Source: Phoronis australis
Lineage: Eukaryota; Animalia; Phoronida
DNA: 64,000 bases
Direction: 5' to 3'
Assembly (NCBI GenBank): GCA_002633005.1
Contig: NMRA01000163.1
Span: 94,071 to 158,070, forward strand
The translations under genes and the position numbers were made by a program. This document shows, one piece after another, positions 38,667-53,267 of the stretch. Each line of letters begins with the position of its first letter. Position 1 is the first letter of the stretch. A model generated the notes under the pieces. The model worked only from the letters and a program-made list of their open reading frames with translations, did not search any database and was not told the origin of the DNA.

Positions 38667-41235
38667 CAAAAACATATAGAAAAGTCATTCAATAGTGTAA
38701 CTATTTACCAACAGGTAGCGCACTGAGCAACGATGAGCAACATTCCAGCTCGTTGACAACATCCCTGTTCGTGACAACACTGAACTAGGGATACTGTTGT
38801 TAAAATGCGAGGAAGTAAGGAGGTGTTCAATGATCACTTCTTACTCTGTAAAGCCGCCTACCGTAAAAAAAAATTGAATCACAATTATGAACTTGGTCTC
38901 GTCTCGTTCCTCACTCATACAGTTGTGATTTTTAGCCCGTATAAGGACCGGTTGTTATAGCCTGAGATCGTATTCGACAAGTTGGTTGATTTGAGCAGCT
39001 CATCTTAGGGAGGCAGAAATGCTGATCGTTTTTCTACACTGTACATTGAGTGTATTCCTCTTTGACATGTATAAAATTCAATTATTCAGCGTCTTAGGCG
39101 TGCCCGGGTAAGAAAAACCTTTTTGGGTCAATGATTGTTTTCCAAACAGCACGTTCTTCCCAACATTTGCTAAAAAAACTGCCACTGTTCTCAAAAAACT
39201 CCCTGTTGTCTACTTCATATCTTCAATAAAACAATTTCAATAACAAAACCATTGTAGCTTGTTGTTTTCATACTTATTGTTTGTGAGATTTGAAAAATCA
39301 GCTCGCGTACTGAACCAACATTTCACATTCACATCGAACTAAAGTTAAGTTTAACTCAAATATAAACCCTGATGCACACTTAAATTTAGTTCATGTGTAT
39401 TAGATTTCAAAGTGTGTGATTTCGTAGAAAATGATCGATAAAAAGATGCGAAATAAACTTATCCAAACCGTAAAACCATGAACTGAGATCAACGCTGTAG
39501 AAGTTTTGCAACTCTGTGTATCATTATAAAAACAATTTCGCTTAGTTTCACTTTAGTAATCAAGGCCAGTTCAGACTTCGAATTGTTAAGCCGCCCAATG
39601 TTCTTTTGTCCGGGATCACAATTCGCAGGTCCATTACATGCATCTAGTAACATGATTCAAAGAATTGGTAAAAAACATTCATGAACGAGTGACAGATAAC
39701 TGAAACGTTACGCATTTATTTGATTTGATCTTTATCGTATTTTCTCGAGTGAAAATGGTCGTAAATGAACGTTTACGAGAAATTCGAAATGACAGAAGCC
39801 TTAGAATTTGAAAAATCACCAGTTTTGCCCACGATATGTCAATATATTTTTGCCAGTGTTTTACTACTGTGAAGCAATCGCTAAATAAATGCGGTTATAC
39901 TCTACTACGCATCATAGGACCTTAGATAAATCAGATTCTCTGGTGATAAGCATGCCTCTTGACAACAGCAGGATTTCTACAAATCTATTGATGAAGTACA
40001 AAGTGCTGTGAAATCGACTGAGTTTCTCTGTAAAACTCCAGTTTACTTTAGTGAATAAATACCAGAGAGTTAAGATCTACAGTAAACAGACTACTTATTT
40101 ATTTGTTTACAGCAACAGTTTGAGCAACTTCCTAAATGTTCAGTGTATCATGTTGGTTCTTCGTGTAGTGATGCGATGACTGGCCAATTTGTGGTTTGAA
40201 GATGTGTTTTGCCGGTTTCACTAGTTTGGAGTTGAAACTAAACAAAAATTATCAAAGCGTTTCATTTTTAACCAGCACGTCTATTATTAATCGACAAAAT
40301 AAACTTTGACTAAAGAGGACGGTCTGATGACACCGATTAAATTTTGCATGATTATCGTTAGATAATGCGGGGACACGCAGAAGTTTTGTACCCGAATCGG
40401 AGATCATGATTCGTTTCCATTGCTTTGCATATTTACATGCCATCGTGTATCGAAAACTTAACTGTGCTTACTGTTTTAGCCCCTGGTTTATTAGAAAAGG
40501 TGACAAATAAACATAATTTATATATGTATGTGCTCAGTGCCAAGTTGTCGGCGCATACCATAAGGCTTTTTATGCAATAACATTTCTTAAAAAGGAAGTA
40601 AAATACATGTAGCTGACTTATGCAATACACCACCTTTAGGTATCAGGATTTGACTTACCCCCATTTGAAACGTTAACAAGACTGTTTAGAGGCCCTTTTA
40701 ATGGGTATCATCGTAAATGAGCATTAGATGACCATGCATTTTTGAGAATATTTCTGAAAGCGGTCTTAGATAATCTCGCCGTGCCCAAACTGCATAAAAC
40801 TATACCAGGAAGTAATACACAAACAATATTGCACACCATTCCACATCCAGAAATCCAGACATAACGTTCACAGCGACAGCAAGCAAAGACAGTGTCAATA
40901 GGTCAACCGACTGTTGACGGGGCTGTCTAAAACTTGACCGATTCTAAGATTGATTGCTGACACTTCAATTCTGTTTGACTATAAAAACTAATTACCAGGT
41001 GGCAATTTTGTGAGAGCTATTTCGTGATTTCAATGTGTAAGTTAACTAAGGCAATGCACCCTTAACGATTTGTAAAACCTTATCGACAAGAATGTAAATT
41101 TAGTCAAATATCTGGAAAACTATAAAATTTTTGTCAGCAAAAATATATTTTCTGAAAGAGGAAATTTTGTAGAAAATAGTTTTTTATTTCAGTTATACCA
41201 TTCTGCAGCCAGTTTTTAAGTCAAGTCACCATTTA

Positions 41236-44200
41236 TAGTCGGTGGGCCAGATCTCATAGCGTTCATCCTTGTGAGTACTTTGGGGTGGCAACCTAGTTTT
41301 TTCTATGTGGCTAGATAATATACCTATAAATCAAATTTCAAAAAGTTCCCAGGTTTACACTTGCACATTCTTTTAAAAAAGGTGTTTTTGTTGCACAAAA
41401 TATGCACATTCCTGCCACTTGGTGGCGCTTTTCTATTGAATTGACCAATCAGAGAGCCAGATTGTATTGTTGTGCTTAGTTACTTCAATATGGCTGCTCC
41501 CAATGGAGTGTGACGCCTGTATAATTCAAAGTTTATCAAACAGCACAAAATTGTGATGCCAGAACCTAAAGAAGCTTAGGAAAGCTTCCTGACGAAAGCT
41601 GATGGACTGTGGAACACTGTAGATCACTAGATCAAAAAGATGAAGAGGTATCATATACGTTTGTGCAGAAAACAGCTGCATGTCCTGGTATAGCCTACAC
41701 AGTATACTGTAGTGCTGAGTGCTGCAGAAGATCAAGTGTCAGACCAAAAAATTGAAAGGCCATAGAACGGCATAGCAACGTTTCAAGGCACCAGCACTAG
41801 TACTCAATCTAAAGTTGCTGAAAGGGATACAAACACCCAATTAACCTGAACAAGATAGGAATATTCTGAAACATGAGAGTATCTTTGTTAGCAGGAAAAG
41901 TATATTATGGACCATATTTCAAGAAAGAGAAAGAAGTAACAACTTCATAGCTTTGAAAAACAGGTACGTGTTTTTGAAAGGTACATCTTGGTGTTTTCCA
42001 AGTGTGTTTCAGTATTATCACCAGTTGTTTTTTTAACTTGTTCAGCCCCTTGGCTGCCTATAGGCCTTAGACAATACCGCTGACCCAGTAGAGACGGTGA
42101 TCATACCATAGGTACTCCATATGCCGGATGCTTTTCGGCAAATTATGCATCACACTGGTTAAACCATAAGTCATGTTCCTATAAGTTTGGAAGTACAGCG
42201 TAGAGAGATGCCTCTGAGGAGGCCGTTAATGTTTTCATTTGTTCCCAGTTTAAACAAATACTCCCGCAATCCTGTTTTTCGAACACTCCATTGTTCAGTT
42301 GCCACATCGACACTGCTTGCGCCAAGGGAAAATCATGTGGCGTTATACTGTGGGTGTGATTTTAAAGCACTTAAAGTCAAAATTTTTTGAGAAGGTTAAA
42401 TGGAGTAGATGGTTGCAACCAACATGCCTAAGTGGCCTTCATCCCCTGCCGTAGTCCTGGGATAGGGGGAACCTCTTCTCAATTTTTTGTAAACATTAAT
42501 TACTTAGGTACATGTAGCTGCAATGGTAATTAAATTAAACTGCCTAAGTGGCCAGCGTCGCCGTCGTAATTTGAGGACGATGGAAGCCACTGTCCATTTC
42601 ATCAAACATCGATTACCTTAAGTGTAAATCGATTGACTATGGTATGAGCATCTGATTTAAAAAAATTAAATTTCAATCACTGCACTGGTATATCAGCTGA
42701 TTTATTTTCAGTTGCATGAACTAATCAAATTATTAGAGGATCAACATTTTTAGGCGACAGATCAGACGGCATGTAAATTTGTTAGGCTGGTGGTGGATCA
42801 GTTCCTGATAAGTCCGTCTGAAAAACTGCATGCCAACTCACTCATAGTTAAATGTTAAATCAGTGTTAACAGTTGGGGTTTTTTCAGTTGGACTTGTATC
42901 GCAAGCAACAGCTCAGTCCAGAGCCCTGAATATGTAAATGAAATTAAAAGATAAAGACCTTGTGTCTTAGAAGCCAAGTACCACAGATCATCATGCTATA
43001 AAAAATAGAAAGGCAGAGATTGTGAAGAGTGACGAATCCACAATTTTCAGAGATGTTTTTCTACTGTTTTGTTTGGAGTTCATTGAATCAAAGCTTCTAA
43101 CACATGGAGATGTCATTTGCCTTTTTCAAAACTAAAGCAAGACGTTGAAGCTGTTCTTCAGAAAGCTGGTGTGCATGAAGTTATTTGGACAGGCAGTCTT
43201 AAGAAACACTGTTGAAGCTACTCACTGTTGTAGCTTGTGCCCGACTAAGAGATACGAAAGAAAGTGAATTGAGGCTAGTGTTCAATAATTCACTTGCTGA
43301 CTCTAATTAACACAGCCCATTATAACATATTTTGAGTCAAACGTTTGCCCAAATCCTGCCAGCCTCCAAACAAGAACTTAGTGTTTGACCCTTCATTGCC
43401 TGAGGGCCAATCACCACTGTGCAGTGCTGTACCCCCTCTAATCGACCATAGTTGGCTCCTTGGCGGTAGAGCTTTGCAGTTAAAATGTATGGCAATGCCC
43501 GCAGCTCCATTGACAGTACTAAACGTTGAACGCTGCAAGTGCAAAAAGAACATGTGTGAGTTTGTGCTGCAATGCTGGGTCAAACTATACAGAAATGTGC
43601 AGCTGTGACAACTGTAGTAACATCAGCAACACTGACTGCATAACTTTGGATAGTTCTTTGACAAGTCAACCCCGTCATTTTGTGTTTTTTTTGTATTAAA
43701 ACGTGAATTTTATTTGTTGATTAAGTCATAGAAATTACATACTTTGATCATTGTCATGTATTTGTCTCATACTGCTTCATAAACNTCCTTGGCGGTAGAG
43801 CTTTGCAGTTAAAATGTATGGCAATGCCCGCAGCTCCATTGACAGTACTAAACGATGAACGCTGCAAGTGCAAAAAGAACATGTGTGAGTTTGTGCTGCA
43901 ATGCTTGGTCAAACTATACAGAAATGTGCAGCTGTGACAACTGTAGTAACATCAGCAACACTGACTGCATAACTTTGGATAGTTCTTTGACAAGTCAACC
44001 CCGTCATTTTGTGTTTTTTTTGTATTAAAACGTGAATTTTATTTGTTGATTAAGTCATAGAAATTACATACTTTGATCATTGTCATGTATTTGTCTCATA
44101 CTGCTTCATAAACGCTGTCAGAATAATCTATTGTTTTCATATCTGTGTGCACATTCACAGTGATCATTCAACTATATTGTTTTTGTACTATAACGTATTT

Positions 44201-44723
44201 CTGGTGTATTATGCAAACAAGCTATATTTTACACAATGAATCAATGGTTCAGTCATTGAGGCATATATGTTGCCCAGTCTCAAGTGTTTTGTTTTATTTT
44301 TGTTGCCAGACAAGGCCAGAATAACCTACTAGTAACATTCAGACTTAGTTTGCATTTTTGCCACTAGGTGTCACTTTACATTTTTGAAATTTCACTGTTT
44401 ACAATTAATCTACAATAGTAAAACATGTAATGTGAGTGTATTATTGTTCAATACAATGACTTTGAAGGGACCATATTACTTGTTGAACAAAAAAGATAGC
44501 AAAGCTGTTTTTTTACAAATATAAGTTCTCTAAGCTCTGTGGTGGTTATTATGCAACTTCAAACTCAAATTTCTCAAAAATGTGCAACTTTATATGTGGG
44601 AACTTTTTAGATTTTGAAAACACACAAGTAAATGAATTAAAAAACACCAAAATAAAATTGCCCCCCTAAAGTACTCACACAAACCATTTTCTAGAAGCCC
44701 TACAAATTCTGGCCCACCGCCTA
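41236..44723 (+). mobile_element. Decayed Academ-type DNA transposon
   Basis: TIR TAGTCGGTGGGCCAGA / TCTGGCCCACCGCCTA, 3-bp TSD TTA, long imperfect subterminal symmetry, and a Cys-rich C-terminal remnant MAMPAAPLTVLNVERCKCKKNMC...C. Confidence 0.75.
43457..44113. repeat. 328-bp near-identical duplication around N at 43785 (probable assembly overlap)
   Basis: 43457-43784 vs 43786-44113; both copies abut the N. Confidence 0.92.
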
Positions 44724-45085
44724 TTAGTGAAACAGAAAGTTACATTCATAACAAAGCAAGAGGATAAATCTCATGATCGAATTTCGTATGATATACATTT
44801 TCATTGAAGGTAAAATCTAAAAAAACTCTGTTACAAGATTTTAAATTATCACTTCGTTTTCGTTCATGAAACTTTAATCCTTTTCCACAAAAATCGTTTA
44901 CGTCTTATTTTTGAGAGCCCTTTATTCAAAACTGGAACATTTTAAAAACAATACCTGTCGCTATTGTGGAGAATAGATCATAATTCATAATTGCACCTGA
45001 ACGTTTCATTTGAGTTTGACCAACCATTTCAGAGATATGATGTTCCGAAGGTGGCCAAAGTTAAACATTTTTAGGGTCATACATT
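44724..45085 (+). repeat. Old interspersed repeat (left part about 41090-41235) split by the Academ; related copy at about 54510-55010
   Basis: Shared blocks AAATTATCAYTTCGTTTT, AAAAYTGGAACA, TGATGTTCCGAAGKTGGCCAAA. Confidence 0.6.
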
Positions 45086-45511
45086 TCAAACTAAAACATG
45101 TTTGGAAATCTTGAACCACGGTGAACGACCCATTTTAGGGAATTCTTTTTTCAAGTAGGCTTACTGTTTAACTTAAAACCTTTTTCTCACTCATGAATCC
45201 CTAAGATGAAGTCAAGAATATCTTACATGTATATTGCTCGACACATACATGTTGGTGGATGAACGTAAATATAATTTGTGTCTGTGTATTGACGCACGCC
45301 AGAGAAATGTAGGGGACTGGCACGTAAGGCGATTATAATGTGTCTTGGCGAGGTTAATAGAATTTAATTAAATCGAACCCCAAATTAAGATTGGAAAGGT
45401 AAATAATTTAACAATTTTCTAATCCACTTCTTCGCTTGACAAGCCGTGGTAGTATTTTGAAGTGCAGTAACTGTGGTTGTTCTTTAAATCAATGGGTACA
45501 TCAACTAAACG

Positions 45512-45663
45512 TCACCATCACCACGTCCACCACCACCATCCCCACACCAACTTAACCATCACCTTCCCTAACCCACCACTCCTACCACAATCGGTGTTGC
45601 TTTTATCGATATTAATGTTGTTAATGTTATTGTTATTGTTGTTGTCGTTAATGTGCTGTTATT
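45512..45663. repeat. Low-complexity (CAC)n then (TTG/TTA)n tract
   Basis: Read directly. Confidence 0.8.
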
Positions 45664-48600
45664 AGTATGTGTGCACCAACAATTATTCGTGAAACACTAC
45701 TTTTAAATTGTTCATCATTCCCAAATTTGACAATTTACACTCAACTTCTGGTAATACAACGGACTTCAGCTTTAATACCTAAGCGTTCATTTCAGAATTT
45801 CACACCCTACGAACTCCAAGTACCAATAATTCAACTCTTGAGTGCGACCCTAACTGAGAATAACTTCACAAACATTAACTATTCATATTTATTAACGATA
45901 ATGTATGTAGTACGCAGGCTATTATGACGATTGCTTTCATCAGCGTAACAAATTGCAATTAGGCTTTACGCAACTGTCAATTAGCCCGGTATCCAATAAC
46001 AACGCTTTTCGTCTCTGTCCATTCGAATCCACAACGACCTGAGTAGAGTTTCGTAGGCGCAAGAATCCCGCTAAGGAAACTAAAGTGATCACGTGCTTCG
46101 CTTGTAATACACAGGGATATCTCGTGAAGTCTTGCGTTTTCGCAAGTTTCTCGTCTCCAAGTGACGCACCATCGTGTTAAGATTAGACGCAGCGTGAGCT
46201 CTTTGGAGGTACTCTTCCTATCATGTTAATGGAGTAATTTTCTGTTGCAGCACAAGTACCTGATCTATTCAAATTAAACTCAAAACCGCCCAGGCGCTCT
46301 TAGGACACACAATACAAGCGGCCACTAACAACAGAAGGCATTGGGTACATCGATAATCACCACGACCTTTTACAGAGACCTATGGGCGGTGACAGGCAAT
46401 CTATGATTGGGAGGCCAGGGATTGTGTTTTTGTCAGAGCTTGTCCACTGAACAAATTACCAGATACTGCAGGTAAGATTCTCACGTTAGCTTTAGCAGCT
46501 TGAATGGTGAATCCCGAAAGGAAACTACAAATCAATTCTCCATTAACGTCCATGCTAAGGTCTACAAGTATGACTACTTGTGAGGTACACTTCGACAGCT
46601 TTTTTAATTAGCACCACATGCGTGTAAATGTAATTGAAAATTTCGGCAGTTTATGTGAACGACCAGTGCTACTAGATTCTCATAAATTTGTTTGAAAGTT
46701 GATGAAGCTTCTTTACTCATACGGTAATTCAGCTATACATGAATGCGATTTTTCGTCACAGAATCGGATACATGTACAGCACATGTAAACGGTTAATACC
46801 AAAATGCTTAATTATTTCAATGTCTTGAGGCATTGTTTCTTCGCAATATACATATATGCTGACTCAGATATAACTACCCGCGTTCTGCATTATTGATACC
46901 ATTTCGTAATTTGTTACGCGGCCTAAATAGCTCCACACAAGGTTATGCGGGAACTTGTATCAACACGTCTATAGATTTAGCGAAATATCTACAGAATGTA
47001 CCTCAGTGAAAGTATAGTACTTCCTGAAAGCAGAAATTTACTTTCGATTTACACCAATCTTCTATTAATTTCGTCACCTGAGCATGTCTTTAGCATAATT
47101 TAGCAAAAAGGAGCAGCGAAACGTTGCCAATAACATTACTAATTTTAGTTTGATATAAATATCTGAGATGAAATCTCAAAAAGTTAACGCTGTCATAAAT
47201 TCTAACTAATCATTTCCTTTGATTTTTTGGACACTCCAAAAAGACAAAATTGTTGATAGCCTCTCGTGTCTAAGCGCAACACTGCCAAACAGCTTCTTGA
47301 ATATAGCTTTAACTTGGAATGCACTGCATAAAGGACTGTCTGAAACTGCCCATCCATTATGATAAAAAGATATTATCTTTCGCAGATCGCCAAATTTGGA
47401 CATATTTTCTAGGATAGAGTTGTTAGAATGACATCGTGACATTAAACTCTACTCGACTTTACAACACTTGAGACAAAAAAAAATCAATTCATTTTCTTCC
47501 AGAACTATCTTCGATTTAATAACCGGGCTGTGTCAGTTGAGCTGAATATCAGCACATTTGACAAGTCTAAAGGAGTTGGTGAGAATTCAAGGGACAAAGC
47601 AAGTCTTAATCTAGTGGTGCCCTTCAAACTAAAAGAATACGTAATCGGAAGGTTATAAGGCAGCGCAATCGTAGAAGGTTCTTCTAATGGATTTAATTTC
47701 AAAATGAGAAAGCACTTTCAATGCCTAACTGAAGAGGGACACGGCAAGGCATATCACCTACAACAATCTATCGATCAGTAAAACCGCATCAGGGGAGTGG
47801 ACGTTACGTAAGGGATTAAAGTCAGTATTGATCTTTGAGCTCGAAGATGACCGACCAATCAAAAACACATATTCTGGAGACACACCGGGACTTACTGGTT
47901 CGCAACTTGATCCTGACGGAGGAGTTCTTTCAGAAGCTTGTTGAGACTAACGTTCTCGCACAATGCATGGTAGACGATGTGAAGGTAAGAGATATATACT
48001 AAGGGCATATGATGGGCGAAAGGTAAGTCCAAGGAATTTGCTAACTTAAATTTTAAAAGGCACGTTCTTCCCACGTGAAAATAACGAAATAGGCTGAATA
48101 GCTCCTAATAAACTACTCACACGTTTTCATTGCCATGGTGGCAAATGGATTCTCGCTTAAAATGAACCAAGAGATAATTGAATTGCAACATAATTTTGAA
48201 ACAAATTGCGGTAAAAGACGAACATGTATGAAAACAGGGATCAAGTTTTTGATAAATATAGATTAGCACATGGGAAAGTCGTTATCCCCCGTTATCTAGA
48301 GCCCGAGTGTATTTTGGAGAATTATCGCCGAGGGTGATAAGTCTACAAAATCCTGCAATGAATCGATCTACATTTCTCGACTCGCCTCGGCTTTGTAACT
48401 GCTTTCTGTCAGAGGCCCGGGGTCGGAGGTCGTGACCTTTTAAGAAAACCCGAGCAATTTTGTAAAATAATGCTTTTACTCAAAACCAATTGAAAATTTA
48501 AACAAAATAGAACTAAAGTAAATCTATAAATTAAGGTTTAGCAACTAATATAGCTTACTACACATTTTATCACGCTAAGCTTCGACCGGGAAAATATCGT

Positions 48601-48870
48601 CTGCTAAAGTAGGTTACCACTAGTAACTGAGTATAATGCTCAAGTCAAAGGATCCCGACGACACGATACCCGCATTCAAATGGGAGATCGGTGATTGCAA
48701 ATGAGGGAACACGAGAGAAAAATTTCACTGAATTAAAATATCGTTTTTATGGAAATTATGCGTCTTATTTTTCATAGCGTATAAATGTCGGTACAATGCT
48801 CTTTGCTGAACATGCGATTGTTGCGCGTGCTGATGTAAGTGTTCTATTTTCACGTTCGATGACGTCAGCC

Positions 48871-48940
48871 GCTGAGGGGTGTAGTGGTAAAGTCGGTGAC
48901 TCGTAACTCTTGAGGCCCGGGTTTGAAGCTGGCCTCGGTT
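48871..48940 (+). pseudogene. tRNA-like sequence (pseudo-tRNA or SINE head; possible CGT anticodon)
   Basis: A box GGTGTAGTGGT, degenerate B box GGTTTGAAGCT, partial acceptor pairing GAGG/CCTC; anticodon stem pairs poorly. Confidence 0.45.
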
Positions 48941-49496
48941 TCCCGCCAAAATGTTATCTCGCTAATGGGTTATTACACGGTTGTATATGCCGTTTGACGC
49001 TAATATTGTGGTATAAAGTCAGTTATTTTGTATCATGCGGACAACTGTCACTGTACTTACGGGCGGTAGAAACTGAGACTTCGATGTCCGTTCCTCTCGT
49101 CACCTGTTGCTTAGTCGTTTATTAGATTACGTGCATGTCCTGGCAGGAACTAGACTACTCCAATTACTCTTTAACCGTGATCTGTGGTGAAATTGACAAG
49201 TAACTTAGTGACGTTGTTCGCTCCTCACAAGCTAGCAAAGTGGTCACTTCAACATTATAATCGCATGCTAATTACGTTTAATACCACTTGGATACCGTTC
49301 GGCATCGCCACACACGTCACTCTGCTGTGCGTCGGTGAACTTGGAATCTGCTTAATCTCAAGATCGCGTATGCGTGAACTTGGAATTGAATATTCATTTG
49401 CGCAATCGGGTGAAATGTTTTGTTCAATACAAATTTTTTTATAATAATTCGGCCTTTGCCGTAACTTGTGTCGCAGATTCGGAGGAGTATGTAAGA

Positions 49497-49644
49497 CATG
49501 GGCGTCGTACCATAGGGGACTGGGGGCTATGGCACCCCCCACTTCTTTCAGTGCTGCGCCGCCCATGGTCACTGACATAGGCGGCGCACCATATATGGCT
49601 GAGGGATATAGCCCCCCTCTTACTTCAGTGCTGCGCCGCCCATG
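49497..49644. repeat. Two tandem ~70-bp hairpin mini-elements (CATRGGCG...CGCCCATG)
   Basis: Both end TTCAGTGCTGCGCCGCCCATG and have hAT-like CAT...ATG termini. Confidence 0.7.
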
Positions 49645-50504
49645 AAAGATCTCCAAAAGTTGAAAAAACATTCATAACGTGTTTTTGTCGTGATAGACCG
49701 GCTCGAAAATCCTCCCTTCATTTTCGGGCCGGTCGAAATTCCTGAGTAAACCACATGCCTTTATTTGGCCGGTAACATGCGATTTCACGCTAATACACAT
49801 TAGCTGATGGCGTTCAAATAAGAGTTGCCTAACGAAACAATACGTCTGCTTTCACCTTTCCGCTCTTTTGATGGATTTAAACTAAGATATAACTTCATAA
49901 AATTTTGACCTACGTATGTGCTCTCTGTGTGTAAGTATCGATCGGTGTTTTAACTGAAGTCGCTTCGGTCAGATCAGTCGACTTTTAGTACATGTATTAC
50001 TACACGGCAAAGCGGTGTCCTTTGGTTTAAATTTTATATCCGTTAAGAATTTAATTTACACTTATAATATCAAAGTAAATACACATAAATTAGCGCGGAA
50101 TATCAGTAAACCTGAGTTAAAATTCCTGAGAAAGTAACAAATTTCACGAATTTATTAATCCGCAACGGTCTAATTTGCGCAGTACCACAGTATTCTAAGT
50201 AATTCGTTTTCGTGGGTGTCGCGAGCACATGTGTGAACTGTAAAGTTTCGTCGTTTTTTGCCGTTTGTATGGGAGCGTCGGGTGACGTTGTAAAGTGAAA
50301 ATCTCGATGAAAATCTGACGAAAAATGATGCTAATTTCAAGAGTTAACGATTTTTGTCAGAATTCATGACGGAAATCGGGAAGGAAGTTAAACGAAAAAT
50401 GACATTAAAATTGTTGAAAATTTACCGAAAGTTTGTGCTTCAAAATTATTTACTATTTCCACGAGAATTATCGTGAACTATTCAAGACCACCACGTTACG
50501 ATCA

Positions 50505-50621
50505 ATGCTGGTGGCTATACCATCCACAAACAGGGATGTGTTACAAGTTCTGTATCCGTGTTCGTTAAAAACAATTTTGCAGAAAGAGTATATTGGAGCG
50601 ATCGATTGTTATCAACGACAG
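50505..50621 (+). CDS. Candidate first coding exon of the CARD-coiled-coil gene (N-terminal half of CARD)
   Basis: MLVAIPSTNRDVLQVLYPCSLKTILQKEYIGAIDCYQRQ fits the CARD helix 1-3 pattern; phase-0 donor CAG|gtacgc matches the next exon. The true start is uncertain. Confidence 0.5.
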
Positions 50622-52274
50622 GTACGCTACAATGCGACTCGATTGTGCTTTTCCTGAACCTTCTAATTCTGTAGATATTGGGTTAACTAAACAGATTTGT
50701 CGGAAGAGTTCTGTACTGTATAAACTTAACGTCGCGCGGTGTAAATTTGGCCGCCGAAAAAAGTTTCATATATGCATGCTGTGTTGACGTAGGCATTTCA
50801 TCATTCACTAGAAGTAGTTCCATTGCCATACCAGGCGTAATTATCATGTTTATTGCTCAAACAACCGCGTGGGTAATGATCTATTGAAATCGCTGATGAA
50901 CGCGTCAAGTTCATAGTCCCTGTAACCCCTGAGAATCTATCACGATCGTTTCGCGTTATATGGTCAAAACCTATATTATTTTATTAGCATGTCATTTTAT
51001 TTAGTGCAATGCAAATTTTTATCAACGTGAACGTGATTATTTGAGTGAACTTGTCAAGTTTAATCGTATACTCTTAGCTCACGCATTCGCGATCTTATGA
51101 TTAAGCAAGGTTCCAAGTTTACGTACAGCAACTCTACAACTACGTGTGTAATACTATATGTAGTGGTATTCGTACGGAATGTAACACTAACGCAGACCTT
51201 TTCCTACACACTGCACGATTGCGTTAGTATTTTCTGCTAATATTAGTACTAATAAAATAGATTACAAATAAACACCATTGTAGGGGGTCTTCGAATTTGC
51301 TATGAAATGTGGGCAGTCGTAGCAAATAAAGAAAGAGCCACGTTATCACAAGTTCCAGCAAGCAGTGGGATTCGTGTACACTAAAATTATTCAGATCTGA
51401 GACAGCATTCATTTACCTATTTGGAAACTTACCGGGCTGACTAGCCTGTTGGTTGATAAGATACTTGTGCATTACAAAAAAAAACTGAAAAGATAACCTA
51501 ACCGGAAATCATTCCCAATCTGAGCAGGGACAAACTGAGTTGAGGCCTATTTTTGACGGTAATTACATAAACCAAAAGTCTATCTTTGACACAAGTCTAG
51601 CTCCGATTTACAGGAACTTTTAGCAGGAACAAGTGCAATGCTAAAATGCATATACGACAAGTTTTAGACAAGCTAATAAATTGTTCTTTACATATTAAAA
51701 ACTGTCCGAATTATAAGACCCAGATGTAGACAATTTAACGCAGCAGATTCTTGAGGTCTTTATGAATCAAATAAATTCGTCAACGTGACATGTTTCTACC
51801 ATCAAAAGGATATCCATGGCAACGGCGTTTGATTAAGCACGTCAAAGTAAATTTTCCAATTCAATAGGAGCTTTACCGTTTTCTCATTCGGACTACAACA
51901 GTGTGGTATCAGCTATTTGCCACCCGGTTGGATTACATGCAGTCTAGTTCAACAAAAGGGAATGATGGTTTACAAAAATTACGGTTTCAAATTTTCAGCT
52001 ATGGTACAAGAGTCCACAATGTGCAAAAATGTATCATGTCAACTGAGTCTAAGTTAAGATCTTAAACATTAGTTTACATCATAGGCTTACAGAACTATTT
52101 ATCGTTTTCGAAAAATTCAAACCAGGGCTAACTGATGGCACTTTCTACCGAATATGGTAATGCTCGAATCTTCGGAAAGTGTCTACACAAAACATTCTAA
52201 CCATTCCCTCGAAAATATAATAGTAACTTTCTTACCTAGCTCATGTTGAATATCTTTCATTTTTATCTTTGTAG

Positions 52275-52532
52275 TCATGTAAAAAAAGAGACGACGCGAA
52301 CAATAAGTTAACAGAATTCTTACTGCTAAGAGGAGTGCATCACACAGCGAGCTTTGTTCGTATTTTACAAGAGACCGGTCACGAGATTGTGGGCGATTAC
52401 TTGGCAAGTGAGTTGGGCGGATTCGGTGTAGAAAATAGACTCAATTCAAAGGAAATTCAAGAGAAATTGAAATTCGTCCAGCATCTAACAGCGGAGGACA
52501 ACCGAAAATTGGTCAGATTCATAGAGTCAAAG
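52275..52532 (+). CDS. CARD-coiled-coil gene exon (C-terminal half of CARD-like domain plus linker)
   Basis: ctttgtag|TCA...AAG|gtatgt, 86 codons. KRDDANNKLTEFLLLRG...FVRILQETGHEIVGDYL resembles CARD helices 4-6. Confidence 0.8.
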
Positions 52533-52849
52533 GTATGTTCTGCATTTATATACCATACGGTTCGAGTGCTTCTTTGCACTTCTCTGGCGCTGAAGATGAA
52601 TAACTAACAACACGCAGGGAAATTATGTGTCTGGCTGTCTCCACAGGAACACAGAGGCGAAATATTATTAAAATTATGTCTAAATTTCTCGTTGTTTAGG
52701 AATAGATCGTATGAACAGGAGTTCAGATAGACCCCTTTCTTAAATCGCTATAATCTAACCTCAGGGCTAAGATTTACTGCTAATGTAATACTTAACAGAT
52801 CAATAATGACTCAAGAGGCGTTGGATAAAGAACGAGCCAATACAATGTA

Positions 52850-53225
52850 CAGGGTGTCTCAATGGCAACTGCATTCTTTATTTAGTTTTGAACATGATTA
52901 CTGGCTTAAATCCATAAGGGGAAATCAATTATGATTTTAAACCAAATAATGCATTGTTTATTTACTTGGGAAGAAGATGAATTGTATTCCTGGACGTTTT
53001 TTTGAGTTTCCAACAGCAATGTGCCATTAATTGTAGTTCTTCAACACGGTGTGTCGTAGGGTTGCCATTCCCGCACCTTTATAGATCCCATGGTGGTCCA
53101 CGCGCCAACTTTCACACCAAGGTGTAACCAACGAGTAGGGCCAGGTATAGAGTCTGACTCATGAAAACTGAATTTAAATACCCTGTGTTATATTGAAGAG
53201 TGAATACATTTTTTGGGGCACCTTG
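52850..53225. mobile_element. Tc1/mariner-type MITE in an intron
   Basis: TA|CAGGGTGTCTCAA ... TTGGGGCACCTTG|TA. Confidence 0.7.
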
Positions 53226-53267
53226 TACGTATAAAATCTAAAGCGATTCTAAATTCAATCACAACAG

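Noticed and set aside
43457-44113. Tandem duplication of the Cys-rich region of the Academ element
   Set aside because: The copies are nearly identical and abut a single N, typical of a scaffolding overlap rather than biology.
48871-48940. Functional tRNA gene
   Set aside because: The T-loop lacks TTC and the anticodon stem pairs poorly; kept only as a pseudo-tRNA or SINE head.
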